Part shown: positions 10,673 to 20,795 of the stretch, piece by piece | Layout of the letters: each line of letters begins with the position of its first letter | How positions within the stretch are numbered: position 1 is the stretch's first letter | Origin: an uncultured SAR86 cluster bacterium | GTDB taxonomy: Bacteria; Pseudomonadota; Gammaproteobacteria; Magnimaribacterales; D2472 | Reading direction: 5' to 3' | DNA length: 64,000 bases | Assembly: GCA_902612915.1 (NCBI GenBank) | Contig: CACMFH010000004.1 | Coordinates: 2,570 to 66,569, forward strand | Translations under genes and position numbers: made by a program | The notes under the pieces: generated by a model | The model's database searches: none | What the model saw: only the letters and a program-made list of their open reading frames with translations | Told to the model about the DNA's origin: nothing

Positions 10673-11262
10673 AGAAGGGATTTACTTTAATTGAAATCTT
10701 AGTTTCTCTTGTAATACTATCTATGATTGCAGTCATTTCATCAAACATTCTTCAGTCCTCTATTGAGATTGAAAGAACTTCTTCAGAGCGTCTTAAAGTA
10801 TCACGCTCATTAAATTTATCATCAATAATTTTAAAAAGAGACATAAGACAAATTATAAATGTGCCACTAAGAGATAATTTTGGAAACCCTATGAATTTAA
10901 CATTTTTAGGAAGCAATCTTGATAAAAAAATATCTTTTAATACTCAGATTAAATCAATCTCAAATAAGATATCGCCTGTAAAAAGAGTTGAGTATGGTCT
11001 TGAGAATAACAATTTAATTAGAAAACAATTTTTTTCATCAAATCCAATAAATATTGATGAAAGCTTCAAAACAAATTTAATTGAAGAAGTTTCTGAAATA
11101 GATATAAGATTTTTGCATGAGAAAATGTGGTATCAAGAATGGCCGGTCGACCCAATCACTCAAAGAAAAATTCCAGAATTAATAAAGCTCGAGTTTACAA
11201 AAAATAATAAAGAATACACATGGATAATAGAACCAAATTTTGATTATGTCTTCAAGTACTAA
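10669..11262 (+). CDS. gspJ: Minor pseudopilin GspJ
   Basis: MKKGFTLIEILVSLVI prepilin motif, ATGA overlap with gspI, and the expected size and position. Confidence 0.8.
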   Translation: MKKGFTLIEILVSLVILSMIAVISSNILQSSIEIERTSSERLKVSRSLNLSSIILKRDIRQIINVPLRDNFGNPMNLTFLGSNLDKKISFNTQIKSISNKISPVKRVEYGLENNNLIRKQFFSSNPINIDESFKTNLIEEVSEIDIRFLHEKMWYQEWPVDPITQRKIPELIKLEFTKNNKEYTWIIEPNFDYVFKY

Positions 11263-12214
11263 AGGAGTTGTTCTCATTTCAATACTATTAATAGTTTTGC
11301 TACTATCATCAGTAGCAATATTATTTGGAAATAAATATCTCTTATCTTTAAAAAGAGCACAATATATTGAATTTCAATCACTATCATTAAATGCCTTTAG
11401 AAACATTGAGGCATTATCAAAAGAAAAAATAAAAAAAGAACTTAGATTTAATAAAAATAAAATATCAAAAAATAATCCTCTTCTTAAAGAAAGCTTTTAT
11501 TATAATCTTAATGGTGCAGATATTGTTGTAAGAATCTCAGATGCAAGTAATTGCCTAAATATAAATTCTATTGTTCTTATCGATAATGGTGAATTCGTTG
11601 AAAATAAAAAATCTACGGCATCAATCAAAAAAATTCTCTCACTAGAAGAAGTAGATAATAATGTTATTGAAGAGATTATAGATCAGGTCATTGACTGGAT
11701 TGATTATGATTCAAATCCAAGGGCTAATGGTCTTGAGGATTATTATTATTCTGGACCACTTCATAATCCAAAAGAATACACTGGAATGAGATTAATGGTT
11801 TCTATAGAAGAGTTAAAAAGTATCCCAGCAGTGAAACAAATTGATTGGTCAATAATGCAAAAAAATTTTTGCGCTCTTCCTGAAGCTAATCAAATATCAA
11901 TTAACATTAACACCCTCAATATAAATGACGATTATTTATTGAGCTCTTTATTTCCAAATATATCTTTACAAGAGGCTAAGTATATTTTGGATAATATACC
12001 AGATTCAGGTTTTGACGATTTAATTAACTTCAAGAATAATTTTCCTGAAATGAATTTTGAGGACGCATATGGAGAAATTAAATTTAATTCAAATATTTAT
12101 GAAATTAATACAGAGATTAATTTTGAAGATTTTGTTTCATCCTCTATAAGTAAACTAATTTTTGAGGGCAATAATAATGGTTTTATTATCTCAAGAATTT
12201 ATAATGGAATTTGA
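11240..12214 (+). CDS. gspK: Minor pseudopilin GspK
   Basis: N-terminal hydrophobic helix, GLEDYYYSG and ININTLN motifs typical of GspK. The likely ATG start is at 11246. Confidence 0.75.
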   Translation: MIMSSSTKGVVLISILLIVLLLSSVAILFGNKYLLSLKRAQYIEFQSLSLNAFRNIEALSKEKIKKELRFNKNKISKNNPLLKESFYYNLNGADIVVRISDASNCLNINSIVLIDNGEFVENKKSTASIKKILSLEEVDNNVIEEIIDQVIDWIDYDSNPRANGLEDYYYSGPLHNPKEYTGMRLMVSIEELKSIPAVKQIDWSIMQKNFCALPEANQISININTLNINDDYLLSSLFPNISLQEAKYILDNIPDSGFDDLINFKNNFPEMNFEDAYGEIKFNSNIYEINTEINFEDFVSSSISKLIFEGNNNGFIISRIYNGI

Positions 12215-13368
12215 TGAGTACGATTGTTGCATATCCAGATAATTTAAGTTTCAGTTATGGTAAATATCACCATAGCTCAGATAACTATAAACAAAGAAAC
12301 ACTTTTTCAAATTTAAATGAATTTGATTCTTTGAATCAAAAAGATACTTTTATATATCTTGTTCCATCTTCAATTATAAGTAGCTATGTTTTTGAGAATA
12401 ATGAAAATCTTTCAAAACAAAATAATCTAGCTAATTTCATGTCAGATATTGATTCATTTATCGTTGACGATATTTCAAAGAACGAATTTTTCATTTTTGA
12501 TAAAAATGGTTTTGTAATTAATAAAACATTGTATGAAGAATTAAATACCATATTAAATTCATTGAATTGTAAAGTTCTAGTTTTGCCAGATTATTTTTTA
12601 AATAGACAATACGGAAAAGATACCATTACAGAATTTAATAATAAGTTTTTATTTTCCTTCAAAAATGGCACAGGTAGTACAATTGAACATGATTCATTAA
12701 ATCAATATATTGAAACAGTGAAAAATAACTATCCAGATTTTGATCCTATTATTTATTGTGATAATGATGTGAAGGCCTTGGAAATATTTAAGACTAAAAA
12801 GGAATTTAATGTATCTGATTTTGTTAGCAATAAAAATGCTAAAGAACTAAATCTATTTAAGTTTGAAGTCTCTATTAAAAATATTTTTAATAAACTTAAT
12901 TTCACAAGAATGGAGTTATATTTATGCACATTTCTAATATTTTGTTCTTTGTCTCTTCCTTATTTATTTTTATCTCAAAATAATAAGCAAATAAGCATAT
13001 ACGAATCAGAAACATTTAATATTTTTAAAGCAATAGATAAAAATACTAATAGAGTAGTGACCCCAAAGATTCAAATAGATCAACTAATTAATCAAATATC
13101 TATTACTCCATTAGCAGAAATAGAAAACTCTAGTTCGAATTTTAGTAATTTTAACTTTTTGGTTTCTCTTGGTGAAAATTATCTTAAAAGTTTAGATATA
13201 GATTTTAATTCAAATGAGGCAGTACTATTTTTAGAGGGGTTACCAGAGATTCAATATCGATTGATTAAAAATACTGTTGGAAGCTTAAATGTAGAAATTT
13301 TAGATGAGAATTTAGCTTCAAATAAAAATTTGATTTCTGGTGAGATTAAGATTGGATTTTTACAATGA
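12211..13368 (+). CDS. gspL: Type II secretion protein GspL (divergent)
   Basis: Its position between gspK and gspM, a 385 aa length, a single central TM helix (LYLCTFLIFCSLSLPYLFL) and an ATGA overlap. Sequence similarity itself is not recognisable by eye. Confidence 0.6.
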   Translation: MMSTIVAYPDNLSFSYGKYHHSSDNYKQRNTFSNLNEFDSLNQKDTFIYLVPSSIISSYVFENNENLSKQNNLANFMSDIDSFIVDDISKNEFFIFDKNGFVINKTLYEELNTILNSLNCKVLVLPDYFLNRQYGKDTITEFNNKFLFSFKNGTGSTIEHDSLNQYIETVKNNYPDFDPIIYCDNDVKALEIFKTKKEFNVSDFVSNKNAKELNLFKFEVSIKNIFNKLNFTRMELYLCTFLIFCSLSLPYLFLSQNNKQISIYESETFNIFKAIDKNTNRVVTPKIQIDQLINQISITPLAEIENSSSNFSNFNFLVSLGENYLKSLDIDFNSNEAVLFLEGLPEIQYRLIKNTVGSLNVEILDENLASNKNLISGEIKIGFLQ

Positions 13369-13814
13369 ATAACTTTTTGAGTAGCTTAAATAATAGGGAA
13401 AGAAATTTAGTATTGGCTACTTTATTAATGGTTGTTACATTAATATTATTTTTTATTTTTACTAATACAATTCAGTCCTTGAATTTTTCATCAAAAAAAC
13501 TTGAAAAAGCTAAATCTGATTATGAATACGTCGTTCTAAAAGCTCAACAGCTAAGTAATTCATTTATTAATCAGTCAAATGATCCTGCTGAAATCAAATC
13601 ATTTATAGACAACTCGATAGATTTAGATATAAAAAATCTTGAAGTAGATAATATTGATAATTATTTAAAAATTTCTTTTGAAACTAAAAATTTACAAGAA
13701 TCTTTTTCTGTTTCAGATAAGATAGCGTTTATGTTAGAAAAAGATTTTAGTAAAGTTACTTATTCAAAAAACGAAAACGGATCTTTTACAGAGCTTTTTA
13801 TAATCAATCTTTAA
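13365..13814 (+). CDS. gspM: Type II secretion protein GspM (divergent)
   Basis: Last gene of the operon, 149 aa, with an N-terminal TM helix and an ATGA overlap with gspL. Called mainly by position and topology. Confidence 0.55.
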   Translation: MNNFLSSLNNRERNLVLATLLMVVTLILFFIFTNTIQSLNFSSKKLEKAKSDYEYVVLKAQQLSNSFINQSNDPAEIKSFIDNSIDLDIKNLEVDNIDNYLKISFETKNLQESFSVSDKIAFMLEKDFSKVTYSKNENGSFTELFIINL

Positions 13815-14439
13815 AGAAATATTTATAAACTATAAACGCTATAATTGATCCGATAATCTGTGCTAAACCAAATGAGAAAACATTTTCGGGGCTTATACCA
13901 GCAAAGCTGTCAGAGAACATACGTCCAATCGTGCCGGCTAGGTTTGCAAATGATGTAGATGATGTAAACCAATATGCTGCACCAATATATGATGCAACAA
14001 TTAATGCAATTTTATCTTTATTTGAAATTAATATAAAAAATACCAACCCAAAAGTAGCAATAATTTCGGAAAGATAAATATTGAATCCAGACCTGTTTTT
14101 ATTAGAGAGCTGAAATAATTCAACATCAAACATAATATTTGCAGTCAAAACTCCAATGATTGCTCCTAAAATCTGCAAAAGTGTAAATAGTACAAACGTT
14201 TTAAAAGAAATTTCTTTGTTTAAAAAAAATGCTAGAGATACAACTGGATTAAAATGATTACTGTATGACTCAAATGATGAAATTAAGAAATAAAGAGCGA
14301 AAAAAGTTATAACAGCATTAACAAACAAAATAATTGATTCATCATTGGTAAGTGATTGACCCATTATTCCGGAGCCCACAACTGCACAGAATAGAAAAGC
14401 TGTTCCTAAAAACTCAGAAATATATTTATTTAATTTCAT
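13804..14439 (-). CDS. MIP-family channel (bacterial NIP/AqpS-like) with non-canonical NPV / NLA motifs
   Basis: SEFLGTAFLFCAVVGSGIMG N-terminus, first motif HFNPVVSLA, second motif SSTSFANLAGTIGR. It has six hydrophobic segments and an ATGA overlap with the upstream ppx-like gene. Confidence 0.85.
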   Translation of the reverse strand: MKLNKYISEFLGTAFLFCAVVGSGIMGQSLTNDESIILFVNAVITFFALYFLISSFESYSNHFNPVVSLAFFLNKEISFKTFVLFTLLQILGAIIGVLTANIMFDVELFQLSNKNRSGFNIYLSEIIATFGLVFFILISNKDKIALIVASYIGAAYWFTSSTSFANLAGTIGRMFSDSFAGISPENVFSFGLAQIIGSIIAFIVYKYFFKD

Positions 14440-15299
14440 ACTTCATTATATATTGATATTTTTTTTGAATAAATTTCATGGAAAATTTTAACTGCAATTG
14501 AATCAGAGACACCCCATTTGGTTGATTGTATAGTTTTAATCTCTAATTTTTTTATAATTCTCTCATAGATTTTTAATCCAAAATCAATGACGTCAGCTCT
14601 ATCATTTGCAAATCCATACTTGTTAATTTTTTCTTCTATTTCAAGATTTCTTAGATTCTTATATTTTTTTAAAAAATCATCAGATTTCATTTTTTTTAAT
14701 TTATGAGCATTTAAAAAGGCTCTAATGTTACCTCCAAGTCCTATGATCTCTGTTATATCATTGAATTGCTTTAACCATTTATCCAATCTATCCCATTCTT
14801 TTCTCTTATCTTTTTTAAGCATTAATCTAACACCACCTAATTGAAAAGATTGAATTGAATGTTTTGGATTATTGTAAATATAGATCTCAGTACTTCCCCC
14901 ACCAACATCAACATATGCTTTATTATTTTCTTTTTGTGCCTTTGGATGAAAACCTATTAACTGAGCTTCTTCAAGACCTGAAATTATTCGAATTGGATGT
15001 TCAATTTTATTTTCTATATATGTTCTTGCTTCTTCCGAGTTAGTGGTATTTCTTAATGCGCTAGTAGCAATAATTTCGTATTGATCAATTTTATCTTTAG
15101 TAAATTTTTTCTGATATCTTTTTAGCGTACTTACTAATTCTCTTAGTTTTTTATCAGATATCTTTCCCCCTTCAAAAACTTCTGCTCCAAGACGAATTGG
15201 GGAACGTATTCCATCAATAAACTTAATTGAGGTGGGTGTTGTTTCAAAAATCTTAGATTTTACTGCATTTGTGCCAATATCTACGGAAGCAATTTTCAT
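14436..15299 (-). CDS. Ppx/GppA-family phosphatase (short, N-terminal ASKHA domains only)
   Basis: MKIASVDIGTNAVK phosphate-1 motif, DVGGGSTE phosphate-2 motif, 287 aa. Confidence 0.85.
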   Translation of the reverse strand: MKIASVDIGTNAVKSKIFETTPTSIKFIDGIRSPIRLGAEVFEGGKISDKKLRELVSTLKRYQKKFTKDKIDQYEIIATSALRNTTNSEEARTYIENKIEHPIRIISGLEEAQLIGFHPKAQKENNKAYVDVGGGSTEIYIYNNPKHSIQSFQLGGVRLMLKKDKRKEWDRLDKWLKQFNDITEIIGLGGNIRAFLNAHKLKKMKSDDFLKKYKNLRNLEIEEKINKYGFANDRADVIDFGLKIYERIIKKLEIKTIQSTKWGVSDSIAVKIFHEIYSKKISIYNEV

Positions 15300-16138
15300 T
15301 ATATGTCGTCGCTATATTTGCTTATGATCATAAATTGTTCATATGAAAGGTTATCAAATTTAACTCCTTCTAGACTTGTTGAATAATTATTCAAAGACTT
15401 TGACCATTTTGCAGGCTTAAGAATCTTCTTCCCATGATATTCAGTTTTATTCAATAGATATCTTAGTGATGTTAACCGCGCAATCATTTTATTATTCGAA
15501 TTAATTGAAACCCATGGACTAACTTCAGTTCCAGTTTTTTCAAACATCTGCTCTTTGTATAATGTGAAGGCGTTCCATTTAGTAATTACTTTTTCATCAT
15601 TTTTTGTAAGCTTCCAATACTTAAGTTCAGAATTTTTTCTTGCTTTCATTCTAATTTTTTGTTGATCTTTTGATAGTGAAAAATAAAATTTTGTTAATTC
15701 AACTCCATCACTTATTAATTGCTCTTCCCAATTATTAACTTTTTTCATAAACGCTCTGTATTGATTTTCAGTGCAATAACCCATAATGGGTTCAGTTATT
15801 GCTCGTGTATACCAAGATCTGTCAAGAAATGAAATTTGACCGCTATTTGGAATTACCTTTTTCCATCTCTGGAACCAGTGAGATGATTCCCATTTTGTTG
15901 GAATTCCTAGCTGAATGTAATTAAAATGTTTTGGCATTAAGTATTCTGAAAAGAATCTAATTGCTGTACTTTTGCCAGCAGTGTCTCTGCCTTCAAATAC
16001 GATACATATTCTTCTATTATTTTTAATTACATCTTCTTGAAGTTTCAAAAATTCAATTCTTAGTCTTCTTTTTTCTAAATCGTAAGATTTTGCATCAAGT
16101 TTTTTATAATCAGTTTGATCTAAATTTATAATTTTCAT
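15299..16138 (-). CDS. ppk2: Polyphosphate kinase 2 (single-domain PPK2)
   Basis: Walker A FEGRDTAGKST and the DRSWY motif, 279 aa. Its stop overlaps the ppx start by 1 nt (TAATG). Confidence 0.9.
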   Translation of the reverse strand: MKIINLDQTDYKKLDAKSYDLEKRRLRIEFLKLQEDVIKNNRRICIVFEGRDTAGKSTAIRFFSEYLMPKHFNYIQLGIPTKWESSHWFQRWKKVIPNSGQISFLDRSWYTRAITEPIMGYCTENQYRAFMKKVNNWEEQLISDGVELTKFYFSLSKDQQKIRMKARKNSELKYWKLTKNDEKVITKWNAFTLYKEQMFEKTGTEVSPWVSINSNNKMIARLTSLRYLLNKTEYHGKKILKPAKWSKSLNNYSTSLEGVKFDNLSYEQFMIISKYSDDI

Positions 16139-16227
16139 TTTATATTTAAATGAGATGACACCTAAAAGTTTTATATTCTTAACACAAATGATAACATTTA
16201 AGCGTAAAATTTTTTATCAAAAATAAT

Positions 16228-17475
16228 ATGGAAACTCTATTCTTAAGCCCTCTTGCAATAGTAATTATAGCATCTATAGTTGGGTTCTTTATGGCATATG
16301 GAATAGGTGCTAATGATGTTGCAAATGCTATGGGAACTTCAGTTGGAAGCAAGGCAATTACTCTAAAACAGGCTATCATTATTGCTGCAATATTTGAATT
16401 TCTTGGAGCATATTTTGGAGGTGGTGAAGTTACTTCAACAATAAGAAAAGGAATTGTTGATCCAACAATTTATGAGGATGCAAATAAATTTATTATTGGA
16501 ATGTTATCGTCATTATTAGCCGCAGGAACATGGTTAATTATTGCCTCAAGAAGAGGCTGGCCAGTTTCCACAACTCATTCAATCGTTGGTGCAATAATTG
16601 GTTTTGTTTCAATTTCAAAAGGAATGAGTTATGTAACTTGGGGGACAGTAGGTGGTATAGCTTCAAGTTGGGTAACATCGCCAATAATTGCAGGATTATT
16701 AGCATTTCTAATTTATTTAAGTGCAAAAAAATCTATTCTTGATAGCACTAATCCAGGCAGAAGAGCCCTTAACATAATCCCTATATATAGCTTTTATGTT
16801 GCTTTTATTATTTCATTAGTTATTGCAAGAAAAGGACTTAAAAATATAGGACTTGAATTATCAGAGTCAGATGTATACATGTTTAGTTCAATTTTTGGAA
16901 TTATTGCAGCTGCATTTACTTATATTCTGTTGAGACAAAATTTTTCAAAAATTAAAAAAAATGGAATTGAATCTGCATTTGCAATTTTAATGATTGTCTC
17001 GGCATGTGCAATGGCTTTTGCTCATGGCTCAAATGATGTTGCTAATGCAATTGGACCTCTTGCTGCAATTGTCTCCACTGTAAATTCAAATGGTATTATA
17101 GATACTTCGTCTCCAGTTCAAGCTTGGATTCTTTTTTTAGGGGCAACAGGAATTGTTTTTGGTTTAAGTATGCTTGGAAAAAATGTAATAAAAACTGTAG
17201 GAGAAAAAATTACTGCATTAAAGCCTAGTCTTGGTTTTTCAGCCGAACTTGCTACAGCAACTACGGTTGTAGTTGCTTCTTACGTTGGATTTCCAATTTC
17301 AACAACTCATACACTAGTTGGAGGAGTTATTGGAGTTGGATTGGCAAAAGGGGCTAAACATTTAAATACTAAGTCAATAACGAGAATTATTACTTCATGG
17401 TTGATAACAATTCCAATTGGAGCTTTTTTAACAATCTTGTATTGGGTTTTTCTAAGAATAATATTCGGAGTTTGA
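16228..17475 (+). CDS. Inorganic phosphate transporter, PiT family
   Basis: Duplicated signature GANDVANAMGTSVGS and GSNDVANAIGP. The protein is polytopic. Confidence 0.95.
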   Translation: METLFLSPLAIVIIASIVGFFMAYGIGANDVANAMGTSVGSKAITLKQAIIIAAIFEFLGAYFGGGEVTSTIRKGIVDPTIYEDANKFIIGMLSSLLAAGTWLIIASRRGWPVSTTHSIVGAIIGFVSISKGMSYVTWGTVGGIASSWVTSPIIAGLLAFLIYLSAKKSILDSTNPGRRALNIIPIYSFYVAFIISLVIARKGLKNIGLELSESDVYMFSSIFGIIAAAFTYILLRQNFSKIKKNGIESAFAILMIVSACAMAFAHGSNDVANAIGPLAAIVSTVNSNGIIDTSSPVQAWILFLGATGIVFGLSMLGKNVIKTVGEKITALKPSLGFSAELATATTVVVASYVGFPISTTHTLVGGVIGVGLAKGAKHLNTKSITRIITSWLITIPIGAFLTILYWVFLRIIFGV

Positions 17476-17477
17476 TT

Positions 17478-18071
17478 TTACCTCTTTATCCAGCTGGTCA
17501 TGTATGCAACCACAGCTCTAGATGCTTCAATTTTTCCAATATCATTTAATTTACCACTTTCTTTTGTGTTTAATGAAAATATTGAAAGAATAATTTGAGC
17601 TACAACTCTGCAAACACCTTCTTTATTAAAAACATTATCGAGACTTATGGATTCTTCGTAAGTTTCTTGAATGACATTACCTAACTGATGAATTGAATCT
17701 GAGTCTAAAGGCGGATTTATGGTATTACTAAGAATTAATTTTTGTGCTATTGAAGAATAAAAGAAATATTCATAAATATTATAAATAATATAATTTGTAA
17801 CTTTTATAAGATCTCCTTTATCACTATCACTTAAGATGTTTTTTGAAAAGTTTTCTAGACATTCATTAATACATTTTAAGATTATTAGTTTTTTTAAGAA
17901 ATCTACAGTTGGTATGAATTTATAAGTCGATGTTCTTTTTAAACCAGATTTTTCTGCTACTTTTGCAAGAGTAAGATCATCAATCTCACCATCTTCAACA
18001 ATATTAATTGCAGCATCAATTATTTTATTAATTCTTTCTTTGCTTCTATCTTGTTTTGCTAAAGTCTCCAC
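17478..18071 (-). CDS. TetR-family transcriptional regulator
   Basis: N-terminal HTH (LTLAKVAEKSGLKRTSTYKFIP), 197 aa, divergent from TBDR 2. Confidence 0.85.
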   Translation of the reverse strand: METLAKQDRSKERINKIIDAAINIVEDGEIDDLTLAKVAEKSGLKRTSTYKFIPTVDFLKKLIILKCINECLENFSKNILSDSDKGDLIKVTNYIIYNIYEYFFYSSIAQKLILSNTINPPLDSDSIHQLGNVIQETYEESISLDNVFNKEGVCRVVAQIILSIFSLNTKESGKLNDIGKIEASRAVVAYMTSWIKR

Positions 18072-18078
18072 TATTTAA

Positions 18079-18098
18079 TTATGGACAAATGTCTATAA
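18079..18098. promoter_or_regulatory. Candidate TetR operator (imperfect 20-bp palindrome)
   Basis: TTATGGACAAATGTCTATAA has 8 of 10 symmetric positions complementary. It sits 8 nt upstream of the tetR start codon, in the divergent spacer toward TBDR 2. Confidence 0.4.
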
Positions 18099-18201
18099 AT
18101 GTAAACATAAAAGAACTTAAAAAATTCACATAATGTTCACAAATTAATGTTATTTCTGTTGCACTCTGAATTTAAGATTTCTACATTATATTGGAGATTT
18201 C

Positions 18202-20739
18202 ATGAAAAAATATATATTCCCATTGTTTCTATCACTATCTTTATTTTCTCAAGAGTCAGAAAATAATACTAACGATGAGCAAGTTGAAGAAGTTGTAGTA
18301 GTTGGTACAAAAGCTAGTATTGTTTCTGCTATTGAAAAACAAAGACAATCAAATTTAATTGTTTCTGTCGTAGATTCTGATGCTTTAGGTGACTTTCCAG
18401 ATACAACAGCAGCTGAAGCCATAAGAAGACTATCAGGTATTTCAGTTGAAAACGATCAAGGCGAAGGCAGATATGTAAATATAAGAGGTATATCTGGTGA
18501 TCTTAATTCAATTGCAGTTAACGGTGCTCTTGTTCCTGCTCCAGAGGGAGGTAGGGCTGTTATGCTTGATGGTCTGCCAACTGAATTGCTAGATTCAATA
18601 GAAGTATACAAGACACTAACAGCAGATAAAGATGCTGACTCAATTGGCGGAAGAATTGAGTTTAATACTAAAAGAGCTACTTCAATTGACGGAACACTTC
18701 TAAAATTTAAAGCAGACACTTCATACAATGAGCAATCTAAAAATTCTGATAATCCAAAAATGGCGTTTACTTATGGTTCAATGATTAATGAAAATATTGG
18801 ACATGTTCTTGGTGTTACATACGCATCTAAGCAGATTGTTACCTACAACAACGAAACCGGTTTTCCAGCTTGGGATACAGACGACGGAAATATCTTTCTT
18901 GATGATGATTGGGAGATGAGGTTTTATGATTTAACAAGAGAAAGAACAGGTGTTACATATGATATCGATATGATGATAGATGACGATACATCAATTTATG
19001 CAAATCTTTTATATAACAAATATGATGATGATGAATTAAGGAATAAAGAAGAATTTGGCTCTCTTAGAACCGGTAACGTATATGCAGGCTCAAGCGAGAT
19101 TAATAGAGTTAGAAGAGATGCTGAAGTTAGAAAAAGAATAGAAACACGTGAAATAAAAACCGTGATATTGGGCGGTGAGACATTGATAAACGGCTGGTTC
19201 GCAGAAGTGCAGTTTAGTCACTCTTACGCTGAAGAAAATGATACAGATAATGTTGATGTAACATTTAGAAGCGATAGAATTGATACTGATGATTGCGGAG
19301 GTCCTTGTGGCTCATTCTTTTATCAAGATCCTCAAAAAGTCGGTTTATCTCTCTCATCATATGCTCAAGGTGTGCTTTATGCTGATTTAAATGTTGATGC
19401 ATGGGAAGAAGATTGGAGTTTAATCAAAGATACTGAAACAGCGTTTAGTATAGATATGACGAAAGATGGATTTACGTTTATGGATGTTCCAACAACAGTA
19501 AAATATGGTTTTAAATATAAGTCTAGAGAGAAAAAAGGTGATAGCAATCAAATAGAAGTTGATGATGATAATGTGCAAGCTTTACTTCAATCTGAATTTG
19601 GACCATACATAAGATCTTGGCCATTCGCCGGACAACAGTACGGTCCTCATGCTGATGAAAATCTTTTATATGCAAGAAAGGGTCAATACACTGGTGGTCC
19701 TGATTATGATAACTTTGAAGAAGACTTTACAACAAATGAAGATATTACCGCGATATATTTTATGGGTACAATGGATTTTGATAAGGCAATTGTTATAGCA
19801 GGTATTAGGGTTGAAGATACTGATTTCGATACTCTTGGATATAATGATGGTGATGTAGATGATGTGTTAACAGCATCAAAGAGTTACACGTTTGTCTCGC
19901 CAAGTTTAAATGTTAAATATTTCTTAGATGATCAAACTATCATTAGAGGTGCAATATGGAGAGCATTATCTAGACCGGGTTTTGGTCAAGCAAACTTAAT
20001 AGCAGATATAAGAGAAAGAGATGATGGTAATTATCGAGGTGAGATGGGTAACCCAGATCTTGACCCATATGAAGCAACTAATTTTGATTTATCAATTGAA
20101 TATTACGGTGATGGCTCTTTCGCATCACTTGGATATTTTAAGAAAGAAATCGAAAATGCAATTTATCCACTTGCAGTGGCTAATACAACAGTAAATGGTT
20201 TGCTTTTTGACGAATTATTGACATTTGTAAATACAGATGACTCTGATGTTGATGGTTTTGAATTAAATATATTTCAAGAGCTAAATATGCTGCCAGAACC
20301 CTTTGATGGCCTGTTTGTTTCAATGAACTTTACTACTACTGATGGAACTTCATCATTAGATGTAGATAATGGAACTGTAACATTTCCATTCAGAAAATTA
20401 TCAGAAGATGTTTCTAATATCTCTATAGGTTACGATAAAAATAAATTTGATATAAGGCTATCGTCTGTTTCAAGATCGCCTTATTTAGATTACCTTGCAG
20501 ATGATGATAGCGAAACCATTCAAGAGGATTTAGATAATAATAATATTAGGTACACAGATGATCACACTCAAATTGATTTTAATCTTAAATATAAAATTAA
20601 TGACAATCTAAGTCTTAAATTTGATATCAACAACATAACTGATGAACCAGAGTTTTACTATTGGGGAACTCCAAACAGATTATCTCAATATGACGAGTAT
20701 GGAACAACCTATTCAATTGGCATAAGATATAATTTATAA
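18202..20739 (+). CDS. TonB-dependent receptor (TBDR 2)
   Basis: Signal peptide, VEEVVVVGT TonB box, plug motifs GEGRYVNIRG and ADSIGGRIEF, 845 aa barrel. Confidence 0.95.
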   Translation: MKKYIFPLFLSLSLFSQESENNTNDEQVEEVVVVGTKASIVSAIEKQRQSNLIVSVVDSDALGDFPDTTAAEAIRRLSGISVENDQGEGRYVNIRGISGDLNSIAVNGALVPAPEGGRAVMLDGLPTELLDSIEVYKTLTADKDADSIGGRIEFNTKRATSIDGTLLKFKADTSYNEQSKNSDNPKMAFTYGSMINENIGHVLGVTYASKQIVTYNNETGFPAWDTDDGNIFLDDDWEMRFYDLTRERTGVTYDIDMMIDDDTSIYANLLYNKYDDDELRNKEEFGSLRTGNVYAGSSEINRVRRDAEVRKRIETREIKTVILGGETLINGWFAEVQFSHSYAEENDTDNVDVTFRSDRIDTDDCGGPCGSFFYQDPQKVGLSLSSYAQGVLYADLNVDAWEEDWSLIKDTETAFSIDMTKDGFTFMDVPTTVKYGFKYKSREKKGDSNQIEVDDDNVQALLQSEFGPYIRSWPFAGQQYGPHADENLLYARKGQYTGGPDYDNFEEDFTTNEDITAIYFMGTMDFDKAIVIAGIRVEDTDFDTLGYNDGDVDDVLTASKSYTFVSPSLNVKYFLDDQTIIRGAIWRALSRPGFGQANLIADIRERDDGNYRGEMGNPDLDPYEATNFDLSIEYYGDGSFASLGYFKKEIENAIYPLAVANTTVNGLLFDELLTFVNTDDSDVDGFELNIFQELNMLPEPFDGLFVSMNFTTTDGTSSLDVDNGTVTFPFRKLSEDVSNISIGYDKNKFDIRLSSVSRSPYLDYLADDDSETIQEDLDNNNIRYTDDHTQIDFNLKYKINDNLSLKFDINNITDEPEFYYWGTPNRLSQYDEYGTTYSIGIRYNL

Positions 20740-20757
20740 TTCAAATAAATTTAAATA

Positions 20758-20788
20758 ATAAGGCAAGTCTTTAACTTGCCTTATTTTT
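20758..20788 (+). terminator. Rho-independent terminator after TBDR 2
   Basis: Perfect 11-bp stem ATAAGGCAAGT / ACTTGCCTTAT, a 5-nt loop and a T5 run. It lies between the TBDR and the phytase gene. Confidence 0.7.
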
Positions 20789-20795
20789 ATAAGAA

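Noticed and set aside
16139-16227. Possible Pho box in the ppk2/PiT divergent spacer
   Set aside because: There is only a single TGTCAT-like half-site (minus strand, 16155-16160). A loosely repeated TAACA has 12-bp rather than 11-bp spacing. There is no convincing tandem CTGTCAT-N4-CTGTCAT arrangement.
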